From: the human T2T-CHM13v2.0 reference genome, Homo sapiens | Assembly (NCBI RefSeq): GCF_009914755.1 | Contig: NC_060932.1 | Direction: 5' to 3' (one strand) | Length of the DNA stretch: 64,000 nt | Shown: positions 50,494 through 64,000 of the stretch, in pieces | Numbering within the stretch: the stretch's first letter is position 1 | How the letters are laid out: each line of letters starts with the position of its first letter | The notes under the pieces: model-generated | Database searches by the model: none | The model's input: only the letters and a program-made list of their open reading frames with translations | What the model was told of the DNA's origin: nothing | Program-made: the position numbers and the translations under genes

Positions 50494-52242
50494 TCATAAT
50501 ACACTTCATGAGAAGTGTATTATGTAGGTAAATGCTGCAGGATAAAAAAATGCTACGGGATAAAAATTCCAGGTGAACATCTATAGTCTTTTGCCTGAAG
50601 TAAAGAGACTGTCATCTTGGTTAACTTTCCCAAGTAACAAATATAATTTATACTGTACATTGAGCCTCACTTTGATGTCTCAAACTTCCCTACTGCATTT
50701 GTCCTTCCACATAGACCTTTTGTGTTCCTAGACACAGAGAAAATTACAGCGTGGAGTTAGAAGCCAAAGTCAGCCCAAGTACAGTGTCATAGTTACCTTC
50801 GGAAACCCTTTAACTCTCATGGCGATGGAACAAATTACTGTTTCTTCAGTTGATCACTGGATGGAATGTTTGGTTTGTGTTTCAGTGCTATGCTATACAA
50901 ATAAAGTTCCTATAACACTAGGCTCCTCGAGCATAAGAAAATATGCATACAATGAAAGGAACATAAAACTTAGCTTACTCATTTTCTCCATTTTGCTGTC
51001 TCCTGAGCTTTCGTAAGTATATTTGAATGGAGTAGTGAGTGGAATCCCCTTCATTATTTAGAAAGGTATCTTTCTCCCTCTTGTAGCAGAATTTGCACAC
51101 AAGAGATTTCTCTTTATCAGTCTTCATTTTGGCTATATAAGATTTACTGTTCTGTTGCCTGAGACCATCAAGCTGGAGTGCAGCCCAATGCTAATTGAGT
51201 GTGCTAATACATAAAATGATTTTTTGTTATCTCACATTTTAAAGTTAATAGAGCACTTGAATGGCATATGTTCAATTAATGGTATAATTACTATTAGATA
51301 ACCATATTGGTGTAAAGTAAAACTTACTTTGTTGTAATAAATGGTTTTTCTATAAGAATTAGATTCAGAGAGCTTGAAAAAAATCTTCCAGTTTAGGGGA
51401 TTTCAAACCTTTCTCTTTTTGAGAGAGAGAGAGGGTCTTGCTCTGTTGTCTGAGTGGTGATCGCTTAAGCATTCCTCTCACCTCAGCCTCCCAAGTAGCA
51501 GGAACTACAGGCACCACCACACCAGGGTAGTTTGTTTTTTGGTTTTTGGTTTTGTTTGTAGTGACAGGGTCTTGCTGTGTTGCTCGGGCTTATCTCAAAC
51601 TCCTGGCCTCAAGCAGCCTCTCAAAATGCTGGGATTAGAGCCATAAGCCACTGTGCCCAACCCCAGGATTTCAAACTTCTAATAGCAGAATCCTTTTGTT
51701 AAATCAGCTCTTCCACAGAATCCCGGAACCTAAATCCCAGTTGTATTGAAGTGTCTGTGAGGGGCATGAAGACATGCTTCTCACCCGCTCTTGTTAATAC
51801 CTCCTAAAATAACTTCACAAATCATGATTTTTAAATTCACTGTCTTAGTTCAGTAATTTTGCAGATAAAGAATGTGAACATATAAGTATTTTCTCCACGT
51901 ACCAGGGTTACATGGCCTGTTCTGTCTTCCTTCCATCCTCAGTATTTTGCACAGTGCCCAACATAGAGCAGATGCTCAATAAGAGTAAGTTAAATGGGCA
52001 GCTGGATGAATAGTGGCAGGCAGAGCCCAATAAGAAATTGATTCTTCCGTTGATTCTTCATTGGCTTTTTTTGTTACTACTCCATATTACTGTCAATTGG
52101 TGTTTTTTGTTTTTTGTTTTTTGTTTTTTTTTTGAGACAGAGTCTCGCTCTCTCACCCAGGCTGGGGTGCAGTGGCACAATCTTGGCTCACTGCAACCTC
52201 TGTCTCCCAGGTTCAAACAATTATCCTGCCTCAGCCTCCTGA

Positions 52243-52449
<207 letters not shown>

Positions 52450-52468
52450 TAAAAATTGTAACTTTGCA

Positions 52469-52640
52469 GGCCAGGCAAGGTGGCATGCAACTGTAATCCT
52501 AGCTGCTTGTGAGGCTGAGGCAAGAGGACTGACTGAGCCCGGGAGTTCAGAGCTTTTTAGTGCATTATGATCACACCTGCAGATAGCCCTTATACTCCAA
52601 CCTGGGCAGTGTTGTGAGACCCCCATCTCTAAAAAATAAA
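52469..52640 (+). mobile_element. FAM (fossil Alu monomer)
   Basis: Monomer retaining the 7SL-derived ...TATGATCACACCTGCAGATAGCCC...ACTCCAACCTGGGCA segment; TSD AAAAATTGTAAC(A)TTTGCA at 52451-52468 and 52641-52659. Confidence 0.8.
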
Positions 52641-52769
52641 AAAAATTGTAACATTTGCATACCTTTATTTTGGGCGGGTCACTCTGGATCTCAGGTTTTT
52701 TTAAATGAGAATAAGAAAACCTGCCTCTTAAGTTTTCCTTAAAACTAAGCTAATAAATGGTGTCTATAG

Positions 52770-52942
52770 GAGACCAGGCGACAGAAGAAGAGGAAGGTGG
52801 TTATTCCTGTGGTACTGCAGAATCACATGACAGCAAAGGCATAGGCCTGGATGAAAGTGAACTTGATTCTGAGGCTGAACTCATGAGAAGTATGGGATTG
52901 CCACTTCAATTTGGTAGGATAACTGCACATAAGGATTTTGAG
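52770..52942 (+). CDS. TGS1: TGS1 exon 3 (GDQATEEEEGG...MRSMGLPLQFGRITAHKDFE)
   Basis: CTATAG|GA acceptor, GAG|GTAAAT donor, 173 nt. Confidence 0.96.
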
Positions 52943-53288
52943 GTAAATATTAATTTACTTTTATTATTTCTCTCTCTTCGTTTTCTTTATAAAATATCGC
53001 AAGGAATTACTTTTTATCAGATTATATGCATTCACGATCAGCGCTCTCTACCTCTTTTTAAATGTATGTATTTATAAATTAACCAGAACTGAAAGTTGTA
53101 ATATGTCCCAAGTGTGACTGTTCCTCCTCTTGGAAACTTAGATAGTATATCACTTGTTTGTGGAGCTAAAAGCCCATAGTGGGGCTTTAGAGTATTTTGT
53201 TTAATTTAATGTCAAAATAGACTTGGATTCTACTTTCTTTTATAGTTCATAAAGTGCATTTTATATTCAAGTTATTTATCTGATATAG

Positions 53289-54111
53289 GTATCTATGAAT
53301 ACTAGAAATAAAGTTAAAATAAAAAAGAAAAAACATCAAAAGAAATACTTAGATGAAATTGTGCAAGAATCTTGGAGAAAAGAATATGAAGAAGACGACA
53401 TTTTGGCTTCAGATGATCCATCTTCAATTGAACAGTATGAGAACACCAGAACATATGAACTTCAAAGCAAAAAAGATACTGAGACAGAAAATCCTCCAGT
53501 TGAAAACACATTATCTCCAAAGCTAGAAATTACAGAGAAATGGGAAAAGTATTGGAATGAATATGGAGGAGGACTATTGTGGCAAAGTTGGCAAGAAAAA
53601 CATCCGGGTCAAGCACTATCTTCTGAACCTTGGAACTTTCCTGATACAAAGGAAGAATGGGAGCAACATTATAGTCAACTTTATTGGTATTATTTGGAAC
53701 AATTTCAGTATTGGGAAGCTCAGGGTTGGACTTTTGATGCCTCGCAAAGCTGTGATACAGATACTTACACATCTAAAACAGAAGCTGATGACAAGAACGA
53801 TGAAAAATGCATGAAAGTTGACTTAGTATCTTTTCCATCTTCACCTATTATGGTTGATAATGATAGCTCTGGTACAAGTGATAAGGATCATAGTGAAATA
53901 CTTGATGGAATTAGTAACATAAAACTGAATTCAGAGGAAGTAACACAGAGCCAATTAGATTCCTGTACAAGTCATGATGGTCATCAACAGCTAAGTGAAG
54001 TTAGTAGCAAAAGAGAGTGCCCTGCTTCCGGCCAAAGTGAACCACGTAATGGAGGAACCAATGAGGAAAGCAACTCATCGGGGAATACAAACACAGACCC
54101 ACCAGCTGAGG
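53289..54111 (+). CDS. TGS1: TGS1 exon 4, large 823-nt exon (VSMNTRNKVKIKKKKHQKK...NTDPPAE); basic patch, Trp-rich segment, acidic/Ser-rich region
   Basis: GATATAG|GTA acceptor, GAGG|GTAAGA donor; coincides with the 300-aa ORF. Confidence 0.97.
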
Positions 54112-54747
54112 GTAAGATTAACCAAGATTTATTCTGCCATGTAATGGTTAGCAAAATGAATTCATTTAGCAAAATAACTACTAATCCTTTATTGTAGAGT
54201 TAAATAATACCAAGTACATTTCATATAATAATGAAATGATTTAATCCATCCTGTTTTCATATCACAAGTTATCCTTTTCTATTAATAAGAATATTTGCAT
54301 GCAGTTCTCAAAAGTATCATTCCTTCTCTTGTACTTTGGTGGCTAATGAAGGAAAATGTGGAATCTCTTGAGAAATCTAATATAAAGTGAGCTTGGAACT
54401 TTTAGTTTTCCACAGCAAATGAATTTATAAGAGGCATGTTAGAAAGCAATTGAGAATGTACATTTGACATTAGGCAAATGTCTTATGAGTCATATGTGGA
54501 ATTCACTTAGGACAAGTGAAGTCTTGCTGTGAAAAAAAGATCTCAATGGGGCACAATATTAATTTATAACTGGAATGGTTAATTTCAGGATTCTCATCAA
54601 TAAAATATCCAGGATAAGGAACTTGATTGATTCCTGAATAACTGATCCAAAAAAAGCTAATTGTGCAAACTGGTGCCACTCAGGACTAGAGAATGCCAAT
54701 GAGAAGTGTTTTGAAAGGAGTTAATCTGAGTACGGTGCGATGAGAAT

Positions 54748-55139
54748 GTTTACTTTGCATTGCTGTAAAGGAATACCTGAGACTGAGGAATGTTTAAAGA
54801 AAAGAGGTTTATTTTGGCTCACAGTTTTGCAGGCTGTACAGGAAGCATAGTCTCAGCATCAACTCCTGGTGAGGGCCTCAGGAACCTTCCAATTATGGCA
54901 GAAGGTGAAAGGGGCATAGGCATGCCACATGGCAAGAGAGAGAGCAAGAGAGAGGGGGGAGGTCCCAGGCTCTTGTTAGCAATCAGATATTGCAGTAACT
55001 CATTACCATGGGGAGGCACCAAGCCATTCATGAAGGATCTGCCCCATGACCCAAACACTTCCCACCAGACCCCACTTCCAACATTAGGGATCACATTTAA
55101 ACATGAGGTTTAGAGGGGACAAACATCCAAACCCTATCA
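54748..55139 (-). mobile_element. MST (MSTB-like) ERVL-MaLR solo LTR
   Basis: TTGCTGTAAAGGAATACCTGAGACTG...TTGGCTCACAGTTTTGCAGGCTGTACAGGAAGCAT...GGGACAAACATCCAAACCCTATCA. Confidence 0.85.
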
Positions 55140-55434
55140 GTGCTCTTGCTGGGGAGAGGCTTCTGCCAATTAACAGCACCAGGAAAATGGGAGAGGAGGA
55201 AATTTCTGTGACATCTGCATATCCTGAAGTTTTGGCATCCTGATGTTACATGCTGAAGACATCTAGTGTAGAGGAACTTTCTTCTCAGCCTTACTCTTTT
55301 GTGAAACAAATGGTTTTGACCTTTTACTTAACAATCAGATTTGCTTTGCTTATCTCAGATTGCTGATAATACTTCATCCAGCTGACAGTTTCTAAAGAGC
55401 TCTGTCAACTTGCTTTTTTTCTCTATATTCTTAG

Positions 55435-55782
<348 letters not shown>

Positions 55783-56632
55783 TAGGCGTGAGCCACCATG
55801 CACAGCCATCCTTTTTTATCTGAAGATTTTATATTAGTATTCTGATACTCTTCTATACTCTCCTGATACCTTTCTGTACATATTTTGACCATAAAGTTTA
55901 TAATATACATATTGGGCATTGTTTTGGCCTCTGACTTACAGTCTCATTTACCCTCTTTGGTTCTCCTCCCTCATCTGCCTGCTTTTTTCTTTGGCAGACA
56001 CAGTAAGTCTCACAGTCTCTGCCTTCTGTTGCTTGTTCCCTTACTTACGTTTATAGATTGTCCATTTCTGTAATAACTCCAGTTTGTCTGCCATCAGGAT
56101 GAATTTGAGGGTTTTAGATTTTGATTTGTTTTAGATCCTCCCTTGAGTTCAAAATTTAAGGTATAGGTTATGCTTCTATGTAAGTATGTTTTCTACTCTT
56201 TGTGGTTGGTGCTTTTCTGAAAGAGTCAAAGCTTCCCACTGTCTACCCTGCAGACATCTTTTTCCTCCTGGTCTCAGCCACCCACTTTCTTCCAGTCTGA
56301 CAAAATAGAGAACAAAGACAGATTTGTGCCTCAGTTTTTGTCACCATAAGTTAAAGAACTCTTCTTAAAGATAGTATTGTCTTTGTTACTCTCATTATTA
56401 ATGTTACTTTCATACTATATTAAAGGCAAATGAAGAGAAATTCTTCTTAATCAATGTGATTATGCCCCCTTTACGGTCATTTCAATTAAAATTCCATAAG
56501 AATGTGACTGCTAACAGCTATCACAAAGGCAGCTTTGTGGGTTAATTTGTATAGATTTGGGCAGCTATGAAGAAGTAGTTTTAGTTTGTTGTGTTTTTTT
56601 TTAAGTAGTTAGATCATGAACATTTTTAAACC

Positions 56633-57037
56633 TGTTAAAAAACTTTATACAAATTAAATTTAATAGAGTTTAACTGAGCAAAGAACGATTCTCGAATCAG
56701 GCAGCCCCAAGAGCCAGAATAGGTTCAGAGCAACTCCAGGGCTGCCACATGATTGGGATAACATTTATGGACAGAAAAAGAAAAATGATGTACAACGTAC
56801 AGAAGGTGGAAGTGAGGTACACAAACAGCTGGATTGGTTACAGCCCAGCTTTTGCCTTACTTGAACACCATTTGAATAGTTGGCTGCCTGTGATTAGCCA
56901 AAACTGTGCTTGATACAAGAGTAGGTTACAGTCTTTTTATACCACCAGTTAGGTTACAGTTCACTACATGTGGAAAAACCTTTAAGCTGAGCTTAAAATG
57001 TATACATGGACAGTTTTAGGCTAAATTTAATTTAACA
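56633..57037 (-). mobile_element. MER57-type ERV1 solo LTR, complete
   Basis: TGTTAAA...TTTAACA inverted termini, 4-nt TSD AACC (56629-56632, 57038-57041), TGTAACCAATCCAGCTGTT on the minus strand. Confidence 0.85.
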
Positions 57038-57232
57038 AACCTTATAGTTAAGATTTTTAAAATGCTCAGACTCTGCATGTAGACACAAACAGGTAGATGT
57101 GAGCTGGCACTTTGATGCACATGTACAGTTCATTGTAGAAAAGGTGCTAAAATATTTTCATTGGCTTTGCAAATAGCAGAAAAGTTGTCAAACCAAGGGG
57201 GAAAAGCTACTGCAATATTTCTGCCTCTTTAG

Positions 57233-57350
57233 ATTCACAGAAGTCTTCAGGAGCAAACACAAGCAAAGACAGACCACATGCCAGTGGTACTGATGGAGAT
57301 GAAAGTGAGGAAGACCCACCTGAGCATAAGCCAAGCAAACTGAAGAGGAG
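57233..57350 (+). CDS. TGS1: TGS1 exon 5 (DSQKSSGANTSKDRPHASGTDGDESEEDPPEHKPSKLKR)
   Basis: CTCTTTAG|AT acceptor, GAG|GTAAGT donor, 118 nt. Confidence 0.95.
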
Positions 57351-57546
57351 GTAAGTTACATGAGACCCCTCTCACCAGAGCGTGTTAGAGTAAGCATTTG
57401 TATGCATAAGCCAGTGGTTATTAAATGATTGTTATGTTCACAACACCAGTAATCATGTAAGAAGAGGCAGGATCTACTGGTAAGATTCTGAGCCTTTGGA
57501 CCTGGACCTGTGGTTAAGGCCGAACTCTGCCACTCACAAACTCTAA

Positions 57547-57882
<336 letters not shown>

Positions 57883-58251
57883 TAATTTCTCATCTATAAG
57901 ATTGGACTGATGCCTTTTTTGTGATTATTGGGTAGACAGGAGCTAGCATGTAATATATCTGACACTTAGTAGCTATCAATGGATCATAACTTTTAACTAA
58001 TAATTAAATTCATATCTTCTCTCTCTCTCTCTCTCTCTCACCAGTTCTAATGTTTTTCAAAAGTCTGGATATATTTTATCCCAGATTTGTATTGCTGAAA
58101 AAGACCTCAAGGTCATGCTCTCATTGTATAGATAGGAACACTGAGGCAAACAGGAATGAGTACCTTGCTCAGTTTTCTTCACAGCAATGGCAGCTCTAAA
58201 GCCAGAGCCCAGATCAACTCTACTCGAAGCAGTGCAATTTCTGTTTACCAC

Positions 58252-58866
58252 TGTGAAAGTTGTAAGAGTCAAAACAGAGTCACTTGTGTCAGACACTGGT
58301 AAAATGTAGCCAGGGAAGGCCATGAAAGACTCTCATGCACTATTTGCTTGATAACAGGAACTGTCACAAGAAATTTTTCCAAGCCAAAGCATCACACAAA
58401 GACAGATAGCTGCTTATACAGGAACATGTGCCTGACACAGTCTCACAAGCCCAATTCGAAACTGCAGAGGCCTAACCATAACTCTCAGTTTACAAGTTTA
58501 TCTCTGCCCAGAAGTGGCAGTGGTTGTGCCACTCCTGAAGCAGTCCTTTGTTGTAATTTGTAAGTTATTCCTGAATTTGTAGCCTTCAGTCTTCCACCTA
58601 ACAACCACTGGCTCTCCTAATCAAAACTCACCAGCTGTTTGTTGTAAGATGCTGCCAGCACCAGTGAACTAACTTTCTAAACAACGTGCGTGACCTCTCT
58701 CCTCAGTGAAACTCTAACCTTTTCCTCTCTTCTTTGGACATTTCATGAGGCCACCTCATTCTGTGCTTATGTCCCAAACTGCAGTTCTGTTTTTGTGTTT
58801 TATAACCAAATAAAAGTTCTTTTTTTTGGTATTCATCTCTACATTTTTTTCTTGAAGGTTTATACA
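58252..58866 (+). mobile_element. MER34/MER39-type ERV1 solo LTR
   Basis: TGTGAAAGTTGTAAGAGTCAAAACAGAGTCACTTGTGTCA...GCCAGGGAAGGCCATGAA start; AATAAA at 58809-58814. Confidence 0.7.
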
Positions 58867-59748
58867 CTTGTACACATAATTAAACACGTAGAGAATAATG
58901 TAAGGTGGGATGTAGTCAGATGCTAACACTGTAAGTAACAAGGAAAGAATGGATCGTTACTGAACTTGGAAGTTAGCTGGACACTTCATTTCTTTGACTG
59001 GATATGGGGTGCTCCACGTAAGACACTTGTACTCCATATAGCTTCTGGAAAAACAAGCGTGCCTCTACTGTGCTACCTCTGTATGGTAGACATTGCTTGT
59101 TAACTCCCCAGTTCCTGCTAGTTACTGGAGGCAAAGATCATGTGTGTTCAATGAGCGTAACTTATTTTGAAGGACAAACTTTGTAAGAATTATTTCTCAC
59201 CATTTTCCTTTACTTGGAATTACGGCCAGGGATGGTCACTGGTTACTAAAAGATCTCTAGTAGGTGGATTCTCCTGGGTTACCTAATATCACTTGTATCA
59301 CAACCTTATTCTTTTTAGTAATTTTTTTCTTTTAAAATTTTTTTGGATTGTATTGATACTTATCAAACGTTTCCTTGTTTGTTTTTAAGGGAAACCTCTG
59401 GAGAAATCACTTTAGGAGATTAATTTAAGGCTGCAGCTTTTACTGATGTTTTTCCAAAGGAAAATTGAGAGATTATATTTGTACCATACCTAGGAATAGA
59501 AATCATTACTTGACATGAATTAAGACTGGAATACTTATTGCTGTGTTCCAAATGCTCCTGGGTACTTACCTTATTTGGAAAATTCTAATTAAAGTATTTT
59601 TTTTCCTGGTTTCCTGGATTTGTGAACTATGGTTGACTATGGTGTTGGGAAGTTTGCATGGGTCAATTATATTGCCTTTTTTATATTTATCTGAACTAGT
59701 GGGCTCTGGTGGTAATGGCTTATCACTGTTTACCTTTTCTTTATTTAG

Positions 59749-59835
59749 CCATGAACTGGACATTGATGAAAACCCAGCTTCAGACTTTGATGACAGTGGT
59801 TCCCTTCTAGGATTCAAGTATGGCTCAGGACAAAA
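59749..59835 (+). CDS. TGS1: TGS1 exon 6 (SHELDIDENPASDFDDSGSLLGFKYGSGQ)
   Basis: TTTCTTTATTTAG|C acceptor, AA|GTAATT donor, 87 nt. Confidence 0.95.
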
Positions 59836-60523
59836 GTAATTATTCATAAAAGCTATTGTTTTCCAGAAGTCCTAACCACTTCAACTATCTTAGAGCACTC
59901 TGATACTCAGATAACTAATAAATGATCATGTGTTGAGATGTTATCATTAAATCACTTCTTGTTAGAATTGTGGTAGAGATATCCCTGTACATTTGATGTG
60001 TTCATATGCTTTAACTCAGTTGCACTTTATAGCAATCCAGTGTTGTTATTCCATTTCATAGATAAAGCAACTGCAGCTCACAGAGGCTTTGACTTTACTG
60101 GAGAGGGAATTTAGGCCCAGCTCTTGTGACTTCTAAGCATGGTTCTCTTCTCACCTAGTGTCTCACATGTGTACATCTGAAGACCATAGCAAACATGCCA
60201 TGAAACGTTGAAATCTGCAATAACCTCTTTTTCTATTATGAAAGAGTAAAATTAAAACAAACCAAATAACAAGTAAAAAGTAAAAAATATTTTCTTCCAG
60301 TCGTTCTCAAATGTAGGCAGTGTTTTAAAGAGTTTGGCACTTTGAGAGGCTGGGCAATATAGGGAGACCCCATCTCTACAACACATTTAAAAATTAGCTG
60401 GGTTTAGTGGTGCATGCTTGTGTTTCCAGCTCCTCAGGAGGCTGAGATGGGAGGATCACTTCAGCCCGGGAGGTTGAGGGTGCTGTGATCCATGATAATG
60501 TCACTGCACTCCAGCCTGGGTAA

Positions 60524-60996
<473 letters not shown>

Positions 60997-63028
60997 TAAA
61001 ACAGAAAAATTAGGTCATATTATACATACTCTCCAGTTTGCTTTTCTCCCTCAACAATGTACCATAGACACTCTTTCTTGTTGGTAGAAACATTTAGCTA
61101 ATTCTGTAAATGAGGGCATTGTGTTTTATCAGTTATCCTAATTAACAACATCTAAATTGTTTCCTAAGATCTAAGCATAATGCCCTAGAAGGTCCCTCCA
61201 GATTATTACATGTGCCTGCCTGCCTTCCTTCCTTAGGGTCTCGCTCTGTAACACAGGCAGGAGTGCAGTGCTGTTTTAAGTTTTTTCATGGAGATGGGGT
61301 CTTGCTATGTTACCCAGGCTGGTCTTAAACTCTTGGCCTCAAGTGATCCTCCCATCTCAGCCTCCTAGAGTGCAGGGATTGCAGGCATGAGCCACCACGC
61401 CCAGTCCATTTATTCCTTCTTATTGCTGAATAGAATTCCAATGTATGGATGTACCAAAATTTGCTCAACCATGCAACAATTGAAGGGCATTTGGATTATT
61501 TGTGGCATTTTGCTGTTACAAATAAAGCAACAGTGCAGGTGCAGTGGCTCACACCTGTAATCCCAGCACTTTGGGAAGCTGAGGTAAGAAGATTGCCTGA
61601 AGCCAGAGGTTGAGACTAGCCTGGGTAACATAGCAAGGCAGAAAATAAAAAAATAAAATGAAATTTCAAAAGTAAACAAAGCTGCTGTGAACATTTGTGT
61701 ATAAAAGACATAAGATTTCTCTGGGATTAAATGCCCAAGCATTAAATATAAAGGAACATGGGTAGTTGTGTTAGAACAACTAGAGATTTTATCGTACATG
61801 ACATGAAGACTAAACTGAGTAGGTAAAGCCTGCTAAAGACAGCTTACACCAGTAATCTAAACCATGACTGGGTTCTTTGATGTTTCTAAGGGTTGAGATT
61901 TCAGGTCCTACTTATCTGTTTCATAAGTTGTGAAATTTAAGTAGATACCTACACATTATGAAATCAGCAAGAAAGGGACACGAGGAATGTCTCAAAATTG
62001 AATTGAATTCAAATTAGTTCAGAAGTACATGTTGACTCTTGTAGTTTCTAAAGATTATCAGTTTTTCTCCCTTAGGTGTTTCAAGGCAATTATAGTTAAT
62101 ATAATCAATAGTTCATATAATCATTTAAGGCTAAGATCATAAAGTTTAGCATGTAAAAAGGTTTTTAAATTCCTGGCAGGATGTATTACTATGCACATGT
62201 AATTTTATTGAGGAATCCTTGGGTAGATTTTGATAGTATACACTTGTAGAAATCTATTTCTTTTCTTGCCTGAGACTTAACTACTTAACTACTCTTCTAT
62301 TTAGAGCACCCAATTCTACTTAAAAGAGAAGGATAAAATATCCTGTTTATTAAAAGAAGTTTATAATATGGCTACAAAGTGAGACCTGATATTTAAACCC
62401 AGACTATTCTGGATTTTATAAATGCTAAAGTGTACGTGACACTCTTAAGTCCCTAACAGTTTGTCGGAGAGGGAGTTAATTGAGGCTTAATATAATCAAA
62501 GGAGGCTTCATAGCAGATACATATCTTTTAGGACTGGAAAATTTCAGATGGTTAAATCAGGCATTCTCTAATTATTTTGATACGAAGGGTTCGCTTCTTT
62601 TGTAAGCTCAGATTGATTTAGATAATTCAAATGTATCCAGAAATGTGTTAAAGAGCTTTGACATCACCCCACCTTGAAAATATTTATATATTTATATTTC
62701 CCTAACAAGGGGATAGGGTTTTCGTTTGTTTGTTTGTTTGTTTTACTATTTATTTATTGCAGTCTACTATGTAATTTCTACTTTCTCCTCTATATTAGGT
62801 ATGTTGCACTTCCCAACTTTGGTGTTACACATTTGCTTTAGAATTAACATGAAAGTTAGACCATCAACTCTTCTGCAAGTTGAACTTGATTTTATCATTT
62901 TCATAATTTTAAAAAGGGAATTAAAATGGTGTAAAAATGAGTGAAAATGTTAGTTTCATCCTCTTTTCCTATAAGGAAATATAATCCTAGAATTTAAGTT
63001 GTGAATAACTTCTTTTGATCTGTCACAG

Positions 63029-63203
63029 ATATGGTGGAATCCCAAATTTCAGTCATCGGCAGGTCAGGTATTTAGAGAAGAATGTGAAGCTTAAGTCTAA
63101 GTACCTAGACATGCGCAGACAAATAAAGATGAAAAACAAACACATCTTCTTTACCAAAGAGTCAGAAAAACCATTTTTCAAGAAAAGCAAAATTCTGAGT
63201 AAG
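63029..63203 (+). CDS. TGS1: TGS1 exon 7 (KYGGIPNFSHRQVRYLEKN...KKSKILSK); gene continues past the window
   Basis: TGTCACAG|A acceptor, AAG|GTATGT donor, 175 nt; cumulative 1542 nt = 514 codons. Confidence 0.95.
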
Positions 63204-63578
63204 GTATGTATAAATTTTGTTGCATATTTGTAGATAGAATCATGTTTTGTAAGTTTGACCTCTTAAAATTGTTGTATTCAAATAGGAAGCTTGTTTCTAC
63301 CAGGTATCAAGGTACATAATTTTTTTTTTTTTTACTTGCTTCTTGAAGGCATATATTATGTAAACTAAATCTGAAAAAAGGCAAGTTGAGGTAGGGTGAA
63401 AAGGAAGTGTTTGAAAGCTACAAAGTACTAGTGTCTGAGATTATTTAAAAAACGCAGCCGTCAGGCGTGGTGGCTCACACCTGTAATCCCAGCAATTTGG
63501 GAGGCTGAGGCAGGTGGATCACCTGAGGTCGGGAGTACCAGACAAACCTGACCAACATGGAAAACCCTGTCTCTACTA

Positions 63579-63701
<123 letters not shown>

Positions 63702-64000
63702 TCACTTCAACTTGGGCAACAAGAGCAAAACTCCATCTCAAAAAAAAACACGCAACCTTGGCCGGGCATGGTGGCTTACACCTGTAATCCCAGCACTTAG
63801 GGAGGCTGAGGCGGATGGATCACCTGAGGTCAGGAGTTCGAGACCAGCCTGGCCAACATGGTGAAACCCCATCTCTACTAAAAATATAAAAATTAGCCAG
63901 GCATGATGGCGGGTGCCTGTAATCCCAGCTACTCGGGAGGCTGAGGCAGGAGAATTGCTTGAAATTTGGGAGTGGAGGTTGCAGTGAGCTGAGATTGTGC

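Noticed and set aside
52733-52744. TTTCCTTAAA resembling a U12 branch point before TGS1 exon 3
   Set aside because: The intron's donor is GTAATA rather than RTATCCTT, the match is imperfect, and it is farther from the AG than is typical
53314-54172. Antisense and alternate-frame ORFs over TGS1 exon 4
   Set aside because: Short shadows of the real coding exon with no independent signals

Overview
Primate (almost certainly human) intron-rich genomic DNA containing two head-to-head genes that share a CpG-island promoter at about 39.85-40.75 kb. TMEM68 (DIESL, a PlsC-type acyltransferase-fold triacylglycerol synthase) is complete on the minus strand: 2 predicted non-coding exons plus 6 coding exons that splice by GT-AG rules into a 975-nt, 324-aa ORF. 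TGS1 (PIMT, trimethylguanosine synthase) is on the plus strand: coding exons 1-7 give 514 codons, and the methyltransferase domain lies beyond the window. The rest is dense in Alus, L1/L2/MIR relics, DNA-transposon fossils and several solo LTRs, plus a tailless 5S rRNA retropseudogene. Almost all short ORFs in the supplied track are repeat-derived noise. I found no new multi-gene system. The best leads are: a strong-context uORF that is in frame with TMEM68 and stops 6 nt before its start codon; a 69-nt Alu-Alu gene-conversion tract bracketing the catalytic exon; an intron-read-through TM-only TMEM68 isoform; a vestigial C-terminal tail behind a double stop; and a back-to-back LTR2/MER31 pair in TGS1 intron 1. 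Repeat-family names and orthologue comparisons come from memory of consensus sequences, not from database runs.
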